From an uncultured Pseudomonadota bacterium (GTDB lineage Bacteria; Pseudomonadota; Alphaproteobacteria; RF32; CAG-239): DNA of 64,000 nucleotides. Positions 1 to 7,870 of this stretch are shown piece by piece. The translations under genes were made by a program, and so were the position numbers. Within the stretch, counting starts at the first letter, position 1; each line of letters starts with the position of its first letter. The notes under the pieces are model-generated. The model was not told where the DNA came from. It ran no database searches and was given only the letters and a program-made list of their open reading frames with translations. The stretch covers positions 1,397-65,396 of the forward strand of contig CASFRM010000003.1 in assembly GCA_949297185.1 (NCBI GenBank), written 5' to 3'.

Positions 1-89
1 CCACCAGTTCATTACAATTTCCTTTTGGATTTTTTATATATTAGTAAATCATTCCTTAAATGAAAAAAACTTTAAGAGGAATTTTATGT

Positions 90-293
90 CTAGATAGGAA
101 AATCACAGCGATTATTTACGCAATCGGTTTCATCATATCCGTTTTCTAGGCATCGTTTTAAACATTCCTCGGTAGTGTTATTATCAAAAATACGGATGAT
201 TACAAAGCATATAATCATAAACAACACAAAAAAGGCAATTACCTTAAAGCAAAATTGTAAAAGCTTCAAAATTGGTTTAATTATTTTCGCCAT
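90..293 (-). CDS. small membrane-anchored Cys-rich protein (hypothetical)
   Basis: 67-aa ORF. One hydrophobic helix (VIAFFVLFMIICFVIIRIF) is followed by a tail with 4 Cys (CLKRCLENGYDETDCVNNRC). No family recognised. Confidence 0.35.
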   Translation of the reverse strand: MAKIIKPILKLLQFCFKVIAFFVLFMIICFVIIRIFDNNTTEECLKRCLENGYDETDCVNNRCDFPI

Positions 294-424
294 TGGTTAT
301 TCCTATAATCTAAGTTGTTTATAATTTCTCAACTGTTATTAATTTTTACACCGAGTATAGTAGAACAAAATAAAAACATTGTAAATATAATTTTGGCGAT
401 ATCTAAAATATTTTTATAACATCA

Positions 425-656
425 TAGGTTTGGGGTTACGGTTGTGAACATAAAAACCTCTTGCCAAAAGATGTAATCTGCTCTAACTTATCTCTTGCCA
501 AAGCGAGAGGCTTTGGTGGAGTGTCGAAACTTCATACAAGAAAATACCAACTCCTTTTGGGGAGCTGGGGATATAAGGCTATGCACGAATAACCCAGACT
601 GGTACTTGTAACAGTTTCGAACTCCCCGCCTTAGTTTTTTAAGGCGGTTTTGTTTT
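425..656 (+). ncRNA. candidate terminator-ended small RNA, unknown class
   Basis: There is no ORF of 60 aa or more on the + strand in 294-689, and I saw only two trivially short ATG frames in 420-650, yet a strong intrinsic terminator lies at 626-656. A three-way junction is possible: GGGGAG 559-564 with CTCCCC 622-627, CTGGG 565-569 with CCCAG 593-597, ACTG 598-601 with CAGT 612-615. CTCTTGCCAAA is duplicated at 458-468 and 492-502. A possible promoter is TTGGCG-N16-TATAAC around 393-420. Confidence 0.3.
626..656 (+). terminator. rho-independent terminator
   Basis: CCGCCTT (626-632) pairs with AAGGCGG (641-647), followed by TTTTGTTTT. Confidence 0.6.
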
Positions 657-689
657 AATCATGAACAAAATTTAAGGGGAGTTAAAACT

Positions 690-911
690 GTGAATCTAAA
701 ACAAGAATTAAGAGAAAAATTGTCGAGTGAATTAAGAAGACTCAGGCAAGAAAAAGGCTTGAGCATTCAAGAAGTCGCACTAATGTCGCCTTTGTCAATA
801 CAGATGATATATGATATGGAGCAAGGCAATCGCCGCCGCTATAATCTTTATCAGAGGTTGCTTAAGTTTTATGGAAAGAGATTAGAGTTTACCATAAAGG
901 ATTTAGAGTGA
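690..911 (+). CDS. XRE-family helix-turn-helix transcriptional regulator
   Basis: 73 aa with a GTG start 9 nt after AAGGGGA. Typical HTH_3 pattern: LRRLRQEKGLSIQEVALMSPLSIQMIYDMEQGNR. Confidence 0.7.
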   Translation: MNLKQELREKLSSELRRLRQEKGLSIQEVALMSPLSIQMIYDMEQGNRRRYNLYQRLLKFYGKRLEFTIKDLE

Positions 912-914
912 TTA

Positions 915-1327
915 GATTCTCGGAACACGCCCGAGAATGACATTTCTTTTTTTATCGTCATCCTCGGCCACCACACAGCCGTCATCCTCGGTCACCACAT
1001 ACTCTGTCACCCTCGGACTTGTTCCGTGGGGCTCACGAGTATCGGCACATCGTTTACCGGATTCTCGGGTCAAGCCCGAGAATGACGAATAGGAAAGTCA
1101 AGCCCGAGAATGACTAAAACAGCTTATTTGCTTCATTCTCCACCGTTTTGAAAAAAACTCGTGTTGCGGGGGAAAAGGGATTCTCGGGACAACCCCGAGA
1201 ATGACATTTCTTTTTTATAGTCACCCTCGGACTTGTTCCGAGGGTCTCATAAGCTATAGCACATTGTTATGGATTCTCGGGACAAGCCCGAGAATGACAT
1301 AGAAGAAAAAATAAGCCCGAGAATGAC
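915..1327. repeat. nested cluster of GC-rich palindromic repeats (REP/BIME- or MITE-like)
   Basis: Four full copies of GATTCTCGG(G/A)-N5-CCCGAGAATGAC at 915-941, 1060-1086, 1179-1205 and 1272-1298. Half copies at 1097-1114 and 1313-1327. A related inverted-orientation palindrome, GTCACCCTCGGACTTGTTCCGAGGGT, lies at 1220-1245, with a degenerate copy at 1006-1031 and truncated copies at 957 and 981. Together they form two tandem composite units. Confidence 0.85.
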
Positions 1328-1346
1328 GGTAAAGAACACATATTTA

Positions 1347-1380
1347 GCAAAAATCCCCTCGGTTTTATCCGAGGGGATTA
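1347..1380 (-). terminator. hairpin and probable terminator of the glycan operon
   Basis: AATCCCCTCGG (1352-1362) pairs with CCGAGGGGATT (1369-1379), with a short T run on the minus strand. It lies just downstream of the stop of CDS 1388-2125 and is related in sequence to the palindrome family upstream. Confidence 0.5.
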
Positions 1381-1387
1381 GGGTTAA

Positions 1388-2125
1388 TTAGAAAGTTATA
1401 TATTTATATTCTTCATACATTTCTTGTAGTTTGTCAACGGAGTAGCCTTTTTTTAGAGTAAATACCACTAGTGTATCAATGGTTTCTTTAATATCAAAAA
1501 AATCTTCAATAACATGATAGTTTTTTCTTATGGTATAATCATGCATTAAAAATGTTGCATTGGGACAGTTTATTGCTGCAGCAAAAGCACAAGCGACTCT
1601 GAATCTCCCATCTATGAAAATAGTATCAAAATTTTTATTTTTAGCAAAAATTGCAGACGAGTATTTGGGATATTCGCATTTCATATTATCATTAATTGGA
1701 TATCCCCATTCTTTGGTGGGGCCAATATTAACTATGTTAAAGAATACTTTTTTATTTTCTTCTTTATTGTTTATCAATTTCCAAGAACGGAGATAGTTTA
1801 TCCATTCATTGTCTGATTCAACAGAGTGAACCTCGGCATTGGAGTTTATCAAGGCTAAAAAGGTGGAACCTCCGGAACCATATTCGAGATATTTATTTGA
1901 TTTTTTTTGGTAAGAGATAAGGGTTTGTTTTTCTTTATCAGTTAATACCAAAGGAAAATGTTGAGGAATTTCTTTATAAAAATCAGTTTGCCAAGATTTT
2001 ATATAATTTAATTCTTGCTCAAGCCTAGCTATGCGTGGGTCTATAGTCTTTTTATATGAAAGTATTTTTTTTCCAAATAAGTAAATTTGTCTTTTATTGC
2101 CATCTTTGATTTTCTTTAAAATCAT
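1388..2125 (-). CDS. putative class I SAM-dependent methyltransferase-like protein
   Basis: 245 aa. Glycine-rich motif LEYGSGGSTFLA, then VHSVESD, then FDTIFIDGRFR. Last gene of the glycosyltransferase operon. A distant paralog-like ORF lies at 43214-43912. Confidence 0.5.
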   Translation of the reverse strand: MILKKIKDGNKRQIYLFGKKILSYKKTIDPRIARLEQELNYIKSWQTDFYKEIPQHFPLVLTDKEKQTLISYQKKSNKYLEYGSGGSTFLALINSNAEVHSVESDNEWINYLRSWKLINNKEENKKVFFNIVNIGPTKEWGYPINDNMKCEYPKYSSAIFAKNKNFDTIFIDGRFRVACAFAAAINCPNATFLMHDYTIRKNYHVIEDFFDIKETIDTLVVFTLKKGYSVDKLQEMYEEYKYITF

Positions 2126-2126
2126 C

Positions 2127-3056
2127 TTATTTTCCTTTTTGAATATTAATTTTAAATTTTATACCAAACATACTAAAAACTTTATAGTTTTGTCCGGCAA
2201 GATTACGGTTGTGAACATTAAAAAATTGATGAAAAAAGTTTTTGACTTTTTTCTTGCGGGTAAAGCTTTGATATATTTCTTCTATTTCTTCGGCAAATGA
2301 AGTGAACGGAACATACTGCCAAAAATATTCGGTACCGAGGAGATTTTTGTTGTTCCATGGTTTGTTTAGTCCTCCTCCGGGGAAATGTAAAATAATCCAG
2401 TTTTTATCTAGTCTGAATTTATTGTTTGAATTAAAGTATTTGCTTATTACGCAATATTTGAGGTCTAATTTCAAATAATTGTGACTATATAAACGGTTTA
2501 GTATATCTTGGTCGGGCAATTTGAGAGATTTGTTCTGTAGTAATTCTGTTGCCGTATCGGATATTTGTTGTTTGAAATTTTGCTCGTTTAGTTTTTTGCA
2601 ATTTAACAGTAATAATCCCGAGCAAAACATATTATGACTAATTTTATCGGAGTTATAGCAAGGAACGGCTCCGATAACTTTATTGCCTAAATCTTCATTG
2701 TACAATTCGCTGATATCACCGACAAAGGCAACATCAATATCAGAGTATATAACTTTTTCGCAGTCGGGAAGAATTTCGGGAATTAAAAATCTGGAATACA
2801 TATCACGGCTGATGTGTTTTAGTTTGGGTAGATGAGCAAATTTTTTGTCGCAATCGACTTTGATAAATTTGATTGAAAAATTGTCAAAAAATTGTTTGGC
2901 ATCGCAAATTTTTTGGCGGTTGTGCTTGGATATTCCAGAATCTAAAATATAAAAGTCGATAAATTCTTGTGTGTTGGCACAGATACCGGCAATGGTAGTG
3001 GCAACAAAAGGGGCAAACTTGTCATTGCTGGCTAAAAATACCGGAATATGTTGCAT
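2127..3056 (-). CDS. glycosyltransferase family 8 (LPS/LOS alpha-1,3-hexosyltransferase-like)
   Basis: 309 aa. N-terminal IPVFLASNDKFAPF, DxD motif in YSDIDVAFVGD, and C-terminal HFPGGGLNKPW, all typical of GT8 RfaI/RfaJ/LgtC-type enzymes. Confidence 0.85.
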   Translation of the reverse strand: MQHIPVFLASNDKFAPFVATTIAGICANTQEFIDFYILDSGISKHNRQKICDAKQFFDNFSIKFIKVDCDKKFAHLPKLKHISRDMYSRFLIPEILPDCEKVIYSDIDVAFVGDISELYNEDLGNKVIGAVPCYNSDKISHNMFCSGLLLLNCKKLNEQNFKQQISDTATELLQNKSLKLPDQDILNRLYSHNYLKLDLKYCVISKYFNSNNKFRLDKNWIILHFPGGGLNKPWNNKNLLGTEYFWQYVPFTSFAEEIEEIYQSFTRKKKVKNFFHQFFNVHNRNLAGQNYKVFSMFGIKFKINIQKGK

Positions 3057-3057
3057 A

Positions 3058-3996
3058 TTAATATCCTTTCTTGAAGCTTAAGATATTGAAAAGTTTTCTT
3101 AAAATTTGTTTGATGATAATTTTGCGATATTTTTTCTTTAACAGACTGTTATTGGCAAATAATTTGGCATATTTTGCGTATTCGTTATGATTGGATAACT
3201 CGTTTGCACCGATAAATTTTTTGAGCAAAAAGTTTTCTATTTTTACCATATCGGAGCTGTCGATGTTATCTGATGACTGTATGGTTTCTATGGATTTTTT
3301 TATGGCAAGATATTTGTCGTTTCTTCTTTTTAGTTGTTTTTGAGGGGTATTGGTTACTGAAGATGTATTATTGAACCAATAAAAATATCCGCAATAGTCA
3401 ATGAATTGCCATATGGGCTGGTGGCAGAGCGTGCAGATATTGAATAAAATGTCTTGATATAAAATATCGGGATAGTAACGAATATGGTTTTTATCTAAAA
3501 AATTTTTTTTCCAAATTTTATTCCAAATATATAATTTTTTTGTGTTATCCAATATTTGTGAAATATTTTGGCTTATAAGCTCTTTTTCTATAATTGTCTT
3601 GTTTTGAATACCGTCAAATTTGAAATAACCGCATTGTACGACATCGGCTTTTGATTTGGTTGCGGCATGGTAGAGTGTGGCAATAAAATCTTCGGCTATC
3701 CAATCATCGGCATCAATAAAGCTGATGTATTTTCCTTTGGCATGGTCGAGGCCTAAATTTCTGGCCGTGGCAGCACCAAGGTTTTCTTGCTTTAAGATTA
3801 TAATCCTGTTGTCTTTATTGGCATATTGGGTCAAAATATTGCTTGAATTATCGCTTGAACCATCGTTTATACAAATAATCTCTATGGCAGTAAAGGTTTG
3901 TTTGATTATGCTGTCTAAGCAACGAGGCAAATATTCTTCGGCATTATATACGGGAATAATAACAGATATCAGCGGTTGATTACTTTGTGTATTCAT
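3058..3996 (-). CDS. glycosyltransferase family 2
   Basis: 312 aa. Motifs ISVIIPVYNAEEYLPRCLDSI, INDGSSDNS and FIDADD. Confidence 0.9.
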   Translation of the reverse strand: MNTQSNQPLISVIIPVYNAEEYLPRCLDSIIKQTFTAIEIICINDGSSDNSSNILTQYANKDNRIIILKQENLGAATARNLGLDHAKGKYISFIDADDWIAEDFIATLYHAATKSKADVVQCGYFKFDGIQNKTIIEKELISQNISQILDNTKKLYIWNKIWKKNFLDKNHIRYYPDILYQDILFNICTLCHQPIWQFIDYCGYFYWFNNTSSVTNTPQKQLKRRNDKYLAIKKSIETIQSSDNIDSSDMVKIENFLLKKFIGANELSNHNEYAKYAKLFANNSLLKKKYRKIIIKQILRKLFNILSFKKGY

Positions 3997-4783
3997 CTTT
4001 GAAAATTCCTTTCAGGCCGATGGGGTTTATGGAGATGATTTCAATATCGGGATAGTGTAGGGCGGCAAATTGCTTAAACAATTTGTAGGCTTTGATTACT
4101 TTCTCGGTTGAGAGATTGTTGGTTGCTTTTTTATCATAAGAATAGCCGGTGTTTGAGCAATCACAGCCTACGAGATAAATGCGTCCGGGGTGTGTCCACA
4201 AGGCAAATTGCAGTGCCGAAAATGTGGTCGAACCAAAGTCGCCCAGCGGTTTGTTTGCTATATCCAAAGCAAAATGCGGCTCATAAAACGGTGTCCAATC
4301 GGTTTTGTAGCGGAGGGCTTTGGCTTTGATAACATCGGCCTCAGGTATGCTCCAGGCTTTGTCATAAACATCTTCGCGGATTAAGCCGTAAAATTTGGTG
4401 CAGGTGGCAGGATTGTAATTATTGACATCGGAAATATATTGCGGAGTTGTGCCGGTGTAGTCCTGAATAAAAATATAGTCTAACGGAACTTTGGCAGTGC
4501 AGAATGAGCGGTTTATGCCGATATGTACTGCATTTTTGAGCGGTTTATATTCTACTGCCGACGGACCGGAAGCAAAAATTACTATATCTTGCCCGAGGTG
4601 TTTGTTTTTATACGAGGCAAATGTTTTTTGATGAAGATGAGCCGTGCTCAAATTGTCTTGTATCAGGCGGTTGATTATGTGATAGTTTTGGCAAGCTCGA
4701 CGATTTTTAATTTTGAGCCTTATGCCTAAAAAACGAATAACTTTGTCAAAGCCGCGGTCGGTAATTTCCAGTAGTTTTTTCAT
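3980..4783 (-). CDS. DUF115/MptE-like putative glycosyltransferase (sialyltransferase-like architecture)
   Basis: 267 aa. Motifs IVIFASGPSA, GINRS and a later STTFSALQFALW...IYLVGCDCS resemble the GNGPS / SG(I/C)D layout of DUF115, Maf and Cst-type enzymes. First gene of the operon; overlaps the GT2 gene by 17 nt. Confidence 0.55.
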   Translation of the reverse strand: MKKLLEITDRGFDKVIRFLGIRLKIKNRRACQNYHIINRLIQDNLSTAHLHQKTFASYKNKHLGQDIVIFASGPSAVEYKPLKNAVHIGINRSFCTAKVPLDYIFIQDYTGTTPQYISDVNNYNPATCTKFYGLIREDVYDKAWSIPEADVIKAKALRYKTDWTPFYEPHFALDIANKPLGDFGSTTFSALQFALWTHPGRIYLVGCDCSNTGYSYDKKATNNLSTEKVIKAYKLFKQFAALHYPDIEIISINPIGLKGIFKDEYTK

Positions 4784-4804
4784 GTGGCACCATCTGTTGA
4801 ATTA

Positions 4805-4995
4805 TAACAAAAAAGCCGCCCGATGAGGCGACTGGAAGTTGGAAACTACCCAAATGAAATAGTGCGACATATTGACCGAATACGGCTTATTTTGCCGCCT
4901 TCCAGTCCATGACCAGAAAGCGTGCAAAATTTATCGTCTTTACACCATAGACGCATTTGGCAGAGGTTTCCACACCCCAGAATACTCATCGGAGA
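4805..4995 (-). ncRNA. candidate structured leader or sRNA upstream of the glycosyltransferase operon
   Basis: Nested perfect helices in + strand coordinates: 4820-4827/4985-4992 (8 bp), 4840-4846/4966-4972 (7 bp), 4850-4856/4954-4960 (7 bp). A local hairpin lies at 4935-4953. A competing 9-bp helix is 4830-4838/4899-4907. On the minus strand a GTCGCC/GGCGGC hairpin plus TTTTTT run ends about 20 nt before the ATG at 4783. Confidence 0.35.
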
Positions 4996-5127
4996 TTCCG
5001 CCGTAAAGCATAAGCATGTTTTTATTAAAAGTAAAGCTTAAAAATTTGAGCAGCTTTTTATAGTATCTTGATTTGTGAAAAACTCTGCTTTATCATCTTG
5101 ATAGCTCAAAAAAATTGCGGAGGAAAT

Positions 5128-5463
5128 ATGGAAAGCAAACTTTGTCTTAAAGAAAATCCGACTTTATCCGATATTCAAAAATATGTTAAACAAATGAAAG
5201 AAGAACGCGGTTTTAATACTACCGATAAAGTGTATGAGTGCATGTTGTTGGGCGAGGAAGTGGGTGAACTTTTTGCCGCCGTGCGTAAAAATATGAAAGG
5301 CGGTTCGGTAGGAAGCGGGTCGAATGTGGGAAATGTCGAGTTGGAGCTGGCTGATGTTTTAATCTATATTTGCTCTTTGGCAAATATGCATAATCTTGAT
5401 TTGGAAACAGCATTCCGCAAAAAAGAAGAGATTAATCAACAGCGAGTTTGGAAAAGACTCTGA
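5128..5463 (+). CDS. MazG-like nucleotide pyrophosphohydrolase domain protein
   Basis: ATG at 5128 is preceded by GGAGGA; the track ORF starts at 5068. Motifs EEVGELFAAVRK and ELADVLIYICSLAN are typical of small MazG/YpjD proteins. Confidence 0.8.
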   Translation: MESKLCLKENPTLSDIQKYVKQMKEERGFNTTDKVYECMLLGEEVGELFAAVRKNMKGGSVGSGSNVGNVELELADVLIYICSLANMHNLDLETAFRKKEEINQQRVWKRL

Positions 5464-5464
5464 C

Positions 5465-6691
5465 CTAGCGTTCGGATTTGAGGGCTTGGCTGAGGCGATT
5501 AATCTTGTATTCGCGGTATTTGTCTTTGAAGCTCTTGTCTTTGGGAAGCTTGGCAAAATTGGGCATATCTTGGGCTTTGATGGCTTTGATAACCGACGAG
5601 GCTTGACGAAAATAATTGCTTTGCTGTTCAAAAAATGCGGCTTCTTCCGCCGATATTTCTTTTTGGCGGCCATAAAAATCAGCACGACATACCTTGATAA
5701 AATCTTCAATATTTTTGCTCTTAATACTATCAACAAAATCGGTGAGGGTGCCTTTGCGCATTTGAATTGCTAAGTGCAACTTCATGTGATGGCGGCAACA
5801 CAGTATCGCAAAATCTCTATACTCGTTTGGGACTCTAAGACGGTTGCAGATACTTGATATTATCGGAATTCCGTTGCGGTCGTGATAATGGTGAGCCGGC
5901 AGAATATCTTTTGGGGTTACCGATTTGCCGATATCGTGCAATAAAACGGCAAATTTGATTTTCGGGCTTTCTAAGGCAACATTTTTTAGGCATAGCAAAG
6001 TATGATCACCACTGTTTTTTTCGGGGTGATGTTCCGGTTTTTCGGGAGTGGTGAATAATTTATCAACCTCGGGCAAAATCGCTTTCAATGCACCACATTC
6101 TTTGGCGGTGGTTATAAAAATATCAAAATTTTTGCTCTGCATCGCCTTATAGATTTCTTGCCATATTCTTTCGCCGGACAAATGCGATAGCATTCCTTTA
6201 GATACCATAGTCGAGGCAAGTTCCATAGTCTCGGGGGCAACCCTAAAATCAAGTTGGGCGGCAAAACGGCACATCCGTAAAACCCTTAGAGGATCTTCGG
6301 GAAAATGTTCGCTGTTAACATGGCGCAGAGTGCGTGAGGCAATATCATTAACTCCACCATAGCAATCAATAATTTTTCCGCTTTCTACATCCATGGCGAT
6401 GGCGTTGCAGGTAAAATCGCGGCGTGCCATGTCTTCTTCTAAGGTAATATCAGGAGTAAATATAAACTCAAAGTCCGTGTGCTTATCGCCGGTTTTTATT
6501 TCTTTGCGAGCCAGAGCATATTCGCACTTGGTTTCGGGGTGCAAAAATACCGGAAAAGATTTGCCGACTTGCTTATAGCCAAGCGAAAGCATCTCTTCTA
6601 CAGTGCTTTGGGTTACAACATAGTCTATGTCATGCGGTTCTTTGTGCATTAATTTATCGCGTACCGAACCGCCTACCTGATAAATCTTCAT
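5465..6691 (-). CDS. cca: multifunctional CCA-adding tRNA nucleotidyltransferase with HD domain
   Basis: Start MKIYQVGGSVRD at 6691 is preceded by GGAGAAAG. Motifs GGSVRD and RRDFTCNA, plus an HD domain (LLHDIGK). The 102 codons upstream in the track ORF look non-coding. Confidence 0.9.
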   Translation of the reverse strand: MKIYQVGGSVRDKLMHKEPHDIDYVVTQSTVEEMLSLGYKQVGKSFPVFLHPETKCEYALARKEIKTGDKHTDFEFIFTPDITLEEDMARRDFTCNAIAMDVESGKIIDCYGGVNDIASRTLRHVNSEHFPEDPLRVLRMCRFAAQLDFRVAPETMELASTMVSKGMLSHLSGERIWQEIYKAMQSKNFDIFITTAKECGALKAILPEVDKLFTTPEKPEHHPEKNSGDHTLLCLKNVALESPKIKFAVLLHDIGKSVTPKDILPAHHYHDRNGIPIISSICNRLRVPNEYRDFAILCCRHHMKLHLAIQMRKGTLTDFVDSIKSKNIEDFIKVCRADFYGRQKEISAEEAAFFEQQSNYFRQASSVIKAIKAQDMPNFAKLPKDKSFKDKYREYKINRLSQALKSER

Positions 6692-6822
6692 ACTTTCTCC
6701 TTGTTGCTTGCTTATACCATATTGCGACCAAAGAGTCATTATAAAAATTAATGGTGATTTTTGATTTTGGTGATTTACATAATTTTTGCCATATGCTATC
6801 AATAAAAACCCGGAGGATGAAG

Positions 6823-7206
6823 ATGAAAATTTGGGCGGTCTTGTTATGTTGTGGTTTATTTTGTGGTTGTAGCAGCGATGAAATCGTGCTGACTGCCGAT
6901 AACGGAATCTCGGGTATAGCCGCCGTAAAAGGGCAAAAAATTGTTTGGTCGTTGCCAGAAAATCCTTCAACCGGATATACGTGGAATATAAATGCAAAGA
7001 CTTTGGATAAGGCTGAATTCGAAGTGATAGAAAATAAATTTGTTCAGCCTCAAAATCCTATGCCGGGGAAGGGTGGAGAACGACTTTATAAAATAAAATT
7101 ACTGACTAAAGGTAAAATTTTGGTGGAAGGAAAATATTTTCGCCAGTGGGAAAAGTTTGATCGCGAAAAGGATAAATTTTTTGCAACGACTATCTATGTT
7201 GAATAA
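6823..7206 (+). CDS. chagasin-family (I42) cysteine peptidase inhibitor lipoprotein
   Basis: Signal peptide plus lipobox (LLCCGLFCGCSS) and the chagasin signature NPSTGYTW. Start is 6823 or 6817. Confidence 0.75.
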   Translation: MKIWAVLLCCGLFCGCSSDEIVLTADNGISGIAAVKGQKIVWSLPENPSTGYTWNINAKTLDKAEFEVIENKFVQPQNPMPGKGGERLYKIKLLTKGKILVEGKYFRQWEKFDREKDKFFATTIYVE

Positions 7207-7215
7207 AAGGTGAAG

Positions 7216-7863
7216 ATGAAAAATACAATTATATGGGATATGGACGGAACAATATTAAATACACTGGATGATTTGGCAGACAGTGTTAATTATGCCCTTG
7301 AAGCTTGCGAGATTAAGCCGCATAGTCAAGATGAGATAAAAGCCATGCTCGGAAACGGAATTAAGGTGTTGATGGAATTGGCCGTGCCGCAAGGATTTAA
7401 TAATCCGAAATTTGATAAGTGTTTTGAAATTTTTAAACAGCATTATCAAGTTCATATGAATGATAAAACAAAACCATATCCTGAGATTCCGGAGTTGATG
7501 AAAATTTTGCGGCAGAAAGGATATAAACAGGCTATCGTTTCAAATAAAATTGATGTGGCAGTTAAAAAATTGGCACAGACTTATTATCCTTTTGTGGATT
7601 TGGCTATCGGAGAATGTGAAGGTTTGCAAAGAAAACCACAACCGGATATGGTTTTTAAGGCTCTTGAAGATTTGGGGGCTAATAAACAGGAGGCCGTGTA
7701 TATCGGTGATTCGGAAGTGGATTTGCAGACTGCAAAAAATTCGGGCTTGGATTGTATATCTGTGGCTTGGGGATTTAGAACAACAGAGATGTTGCAATCT
7801 ATCGGGGCTAAAAAAATTGTACAGAAACCAATGCAAATTTTAGATGCGTTAGCTGAAATGTAG
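7216..7863 (+). CDS. HAD-superfamily hydrolase (phosphoglycolate phosphatase-like)
   Basis: Motifs DMDGTILNT, SNK and GDSEVD. Confidence 0.8.
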   Translation: MKNTIIWDMDGTILNTLDDLADSVNYALEACEIKPHSQDEIKAMLGNGIKVLMELAVPQGFNNPKFDKCFEIFKQHYQVHMNDKTKPYPEIPELMKILRQKGYKQAIVSNKIDVAVKKLAQTYYPFVDLAIGECEGLQRKPQPDMVFKALEDLGANKQEAVYIGDSEVDLQTAKNSGLDCISVAWGFRTTEMLQSIGAKKIVQKPMQILDALAEM

Positions 7864-7870
7864 GACTTAA

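Noticed and set aside
514-521. The minus strand reads CTCCACCA, the 3' end typical of tmRNA and tRNA-like domains. I considered a two-piece alphaproteobacterial ssrA.
   Set aside because: No T-arm (GGTTCGA-type loop with a 5-bp stem) precedes it, there is no matching 5' acceptor strand, and no Ala-initiated tag frame ending in AA-stop was found on either strand.
915-1327. Possible CRISPR array, given repeated roughly 27-nt palindromic units.
   Set aside because: Spacing is irregular (145, 119 and 93 bp). The intervening segments are themselves repeated rather than unique, both orientations occur, and no cas genes are nearby.
4785-4800. TGGCAC motif that could be a sigma-54 -24 element.
   Set aside because: The downstream element is TTGA after 6 nt, not GC at the -12 position. 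It overlaps the start codon of the minus-strand gene and lies more than 300 nt from the next + strand gene.
4885-4912. The minus-strand sequence GGTCATGGACTGGAAGGCGGCA resembles the conserved SRP (4.5S) RNA domain IV motif GGUCAGGUCCGGAAGGAAGCAGC.
   Set aside because: The flanks do not form the required hairpin around a GGAA tetraloop. The GACTGGAAG segment instead has a perfect partner 60 nt away. Treated as part of an unknown structured RNA.
6692-6997. A 102-codon N-terminal extension of the cca ORF in the track.
   Set aside because: The extension has no similarity to CCA-adding enzymes and runs into the divergent promoter region of the I42 inhibitor gene. A good ribosome-binding site precedes MKIYQVGGSVRD at 6691.
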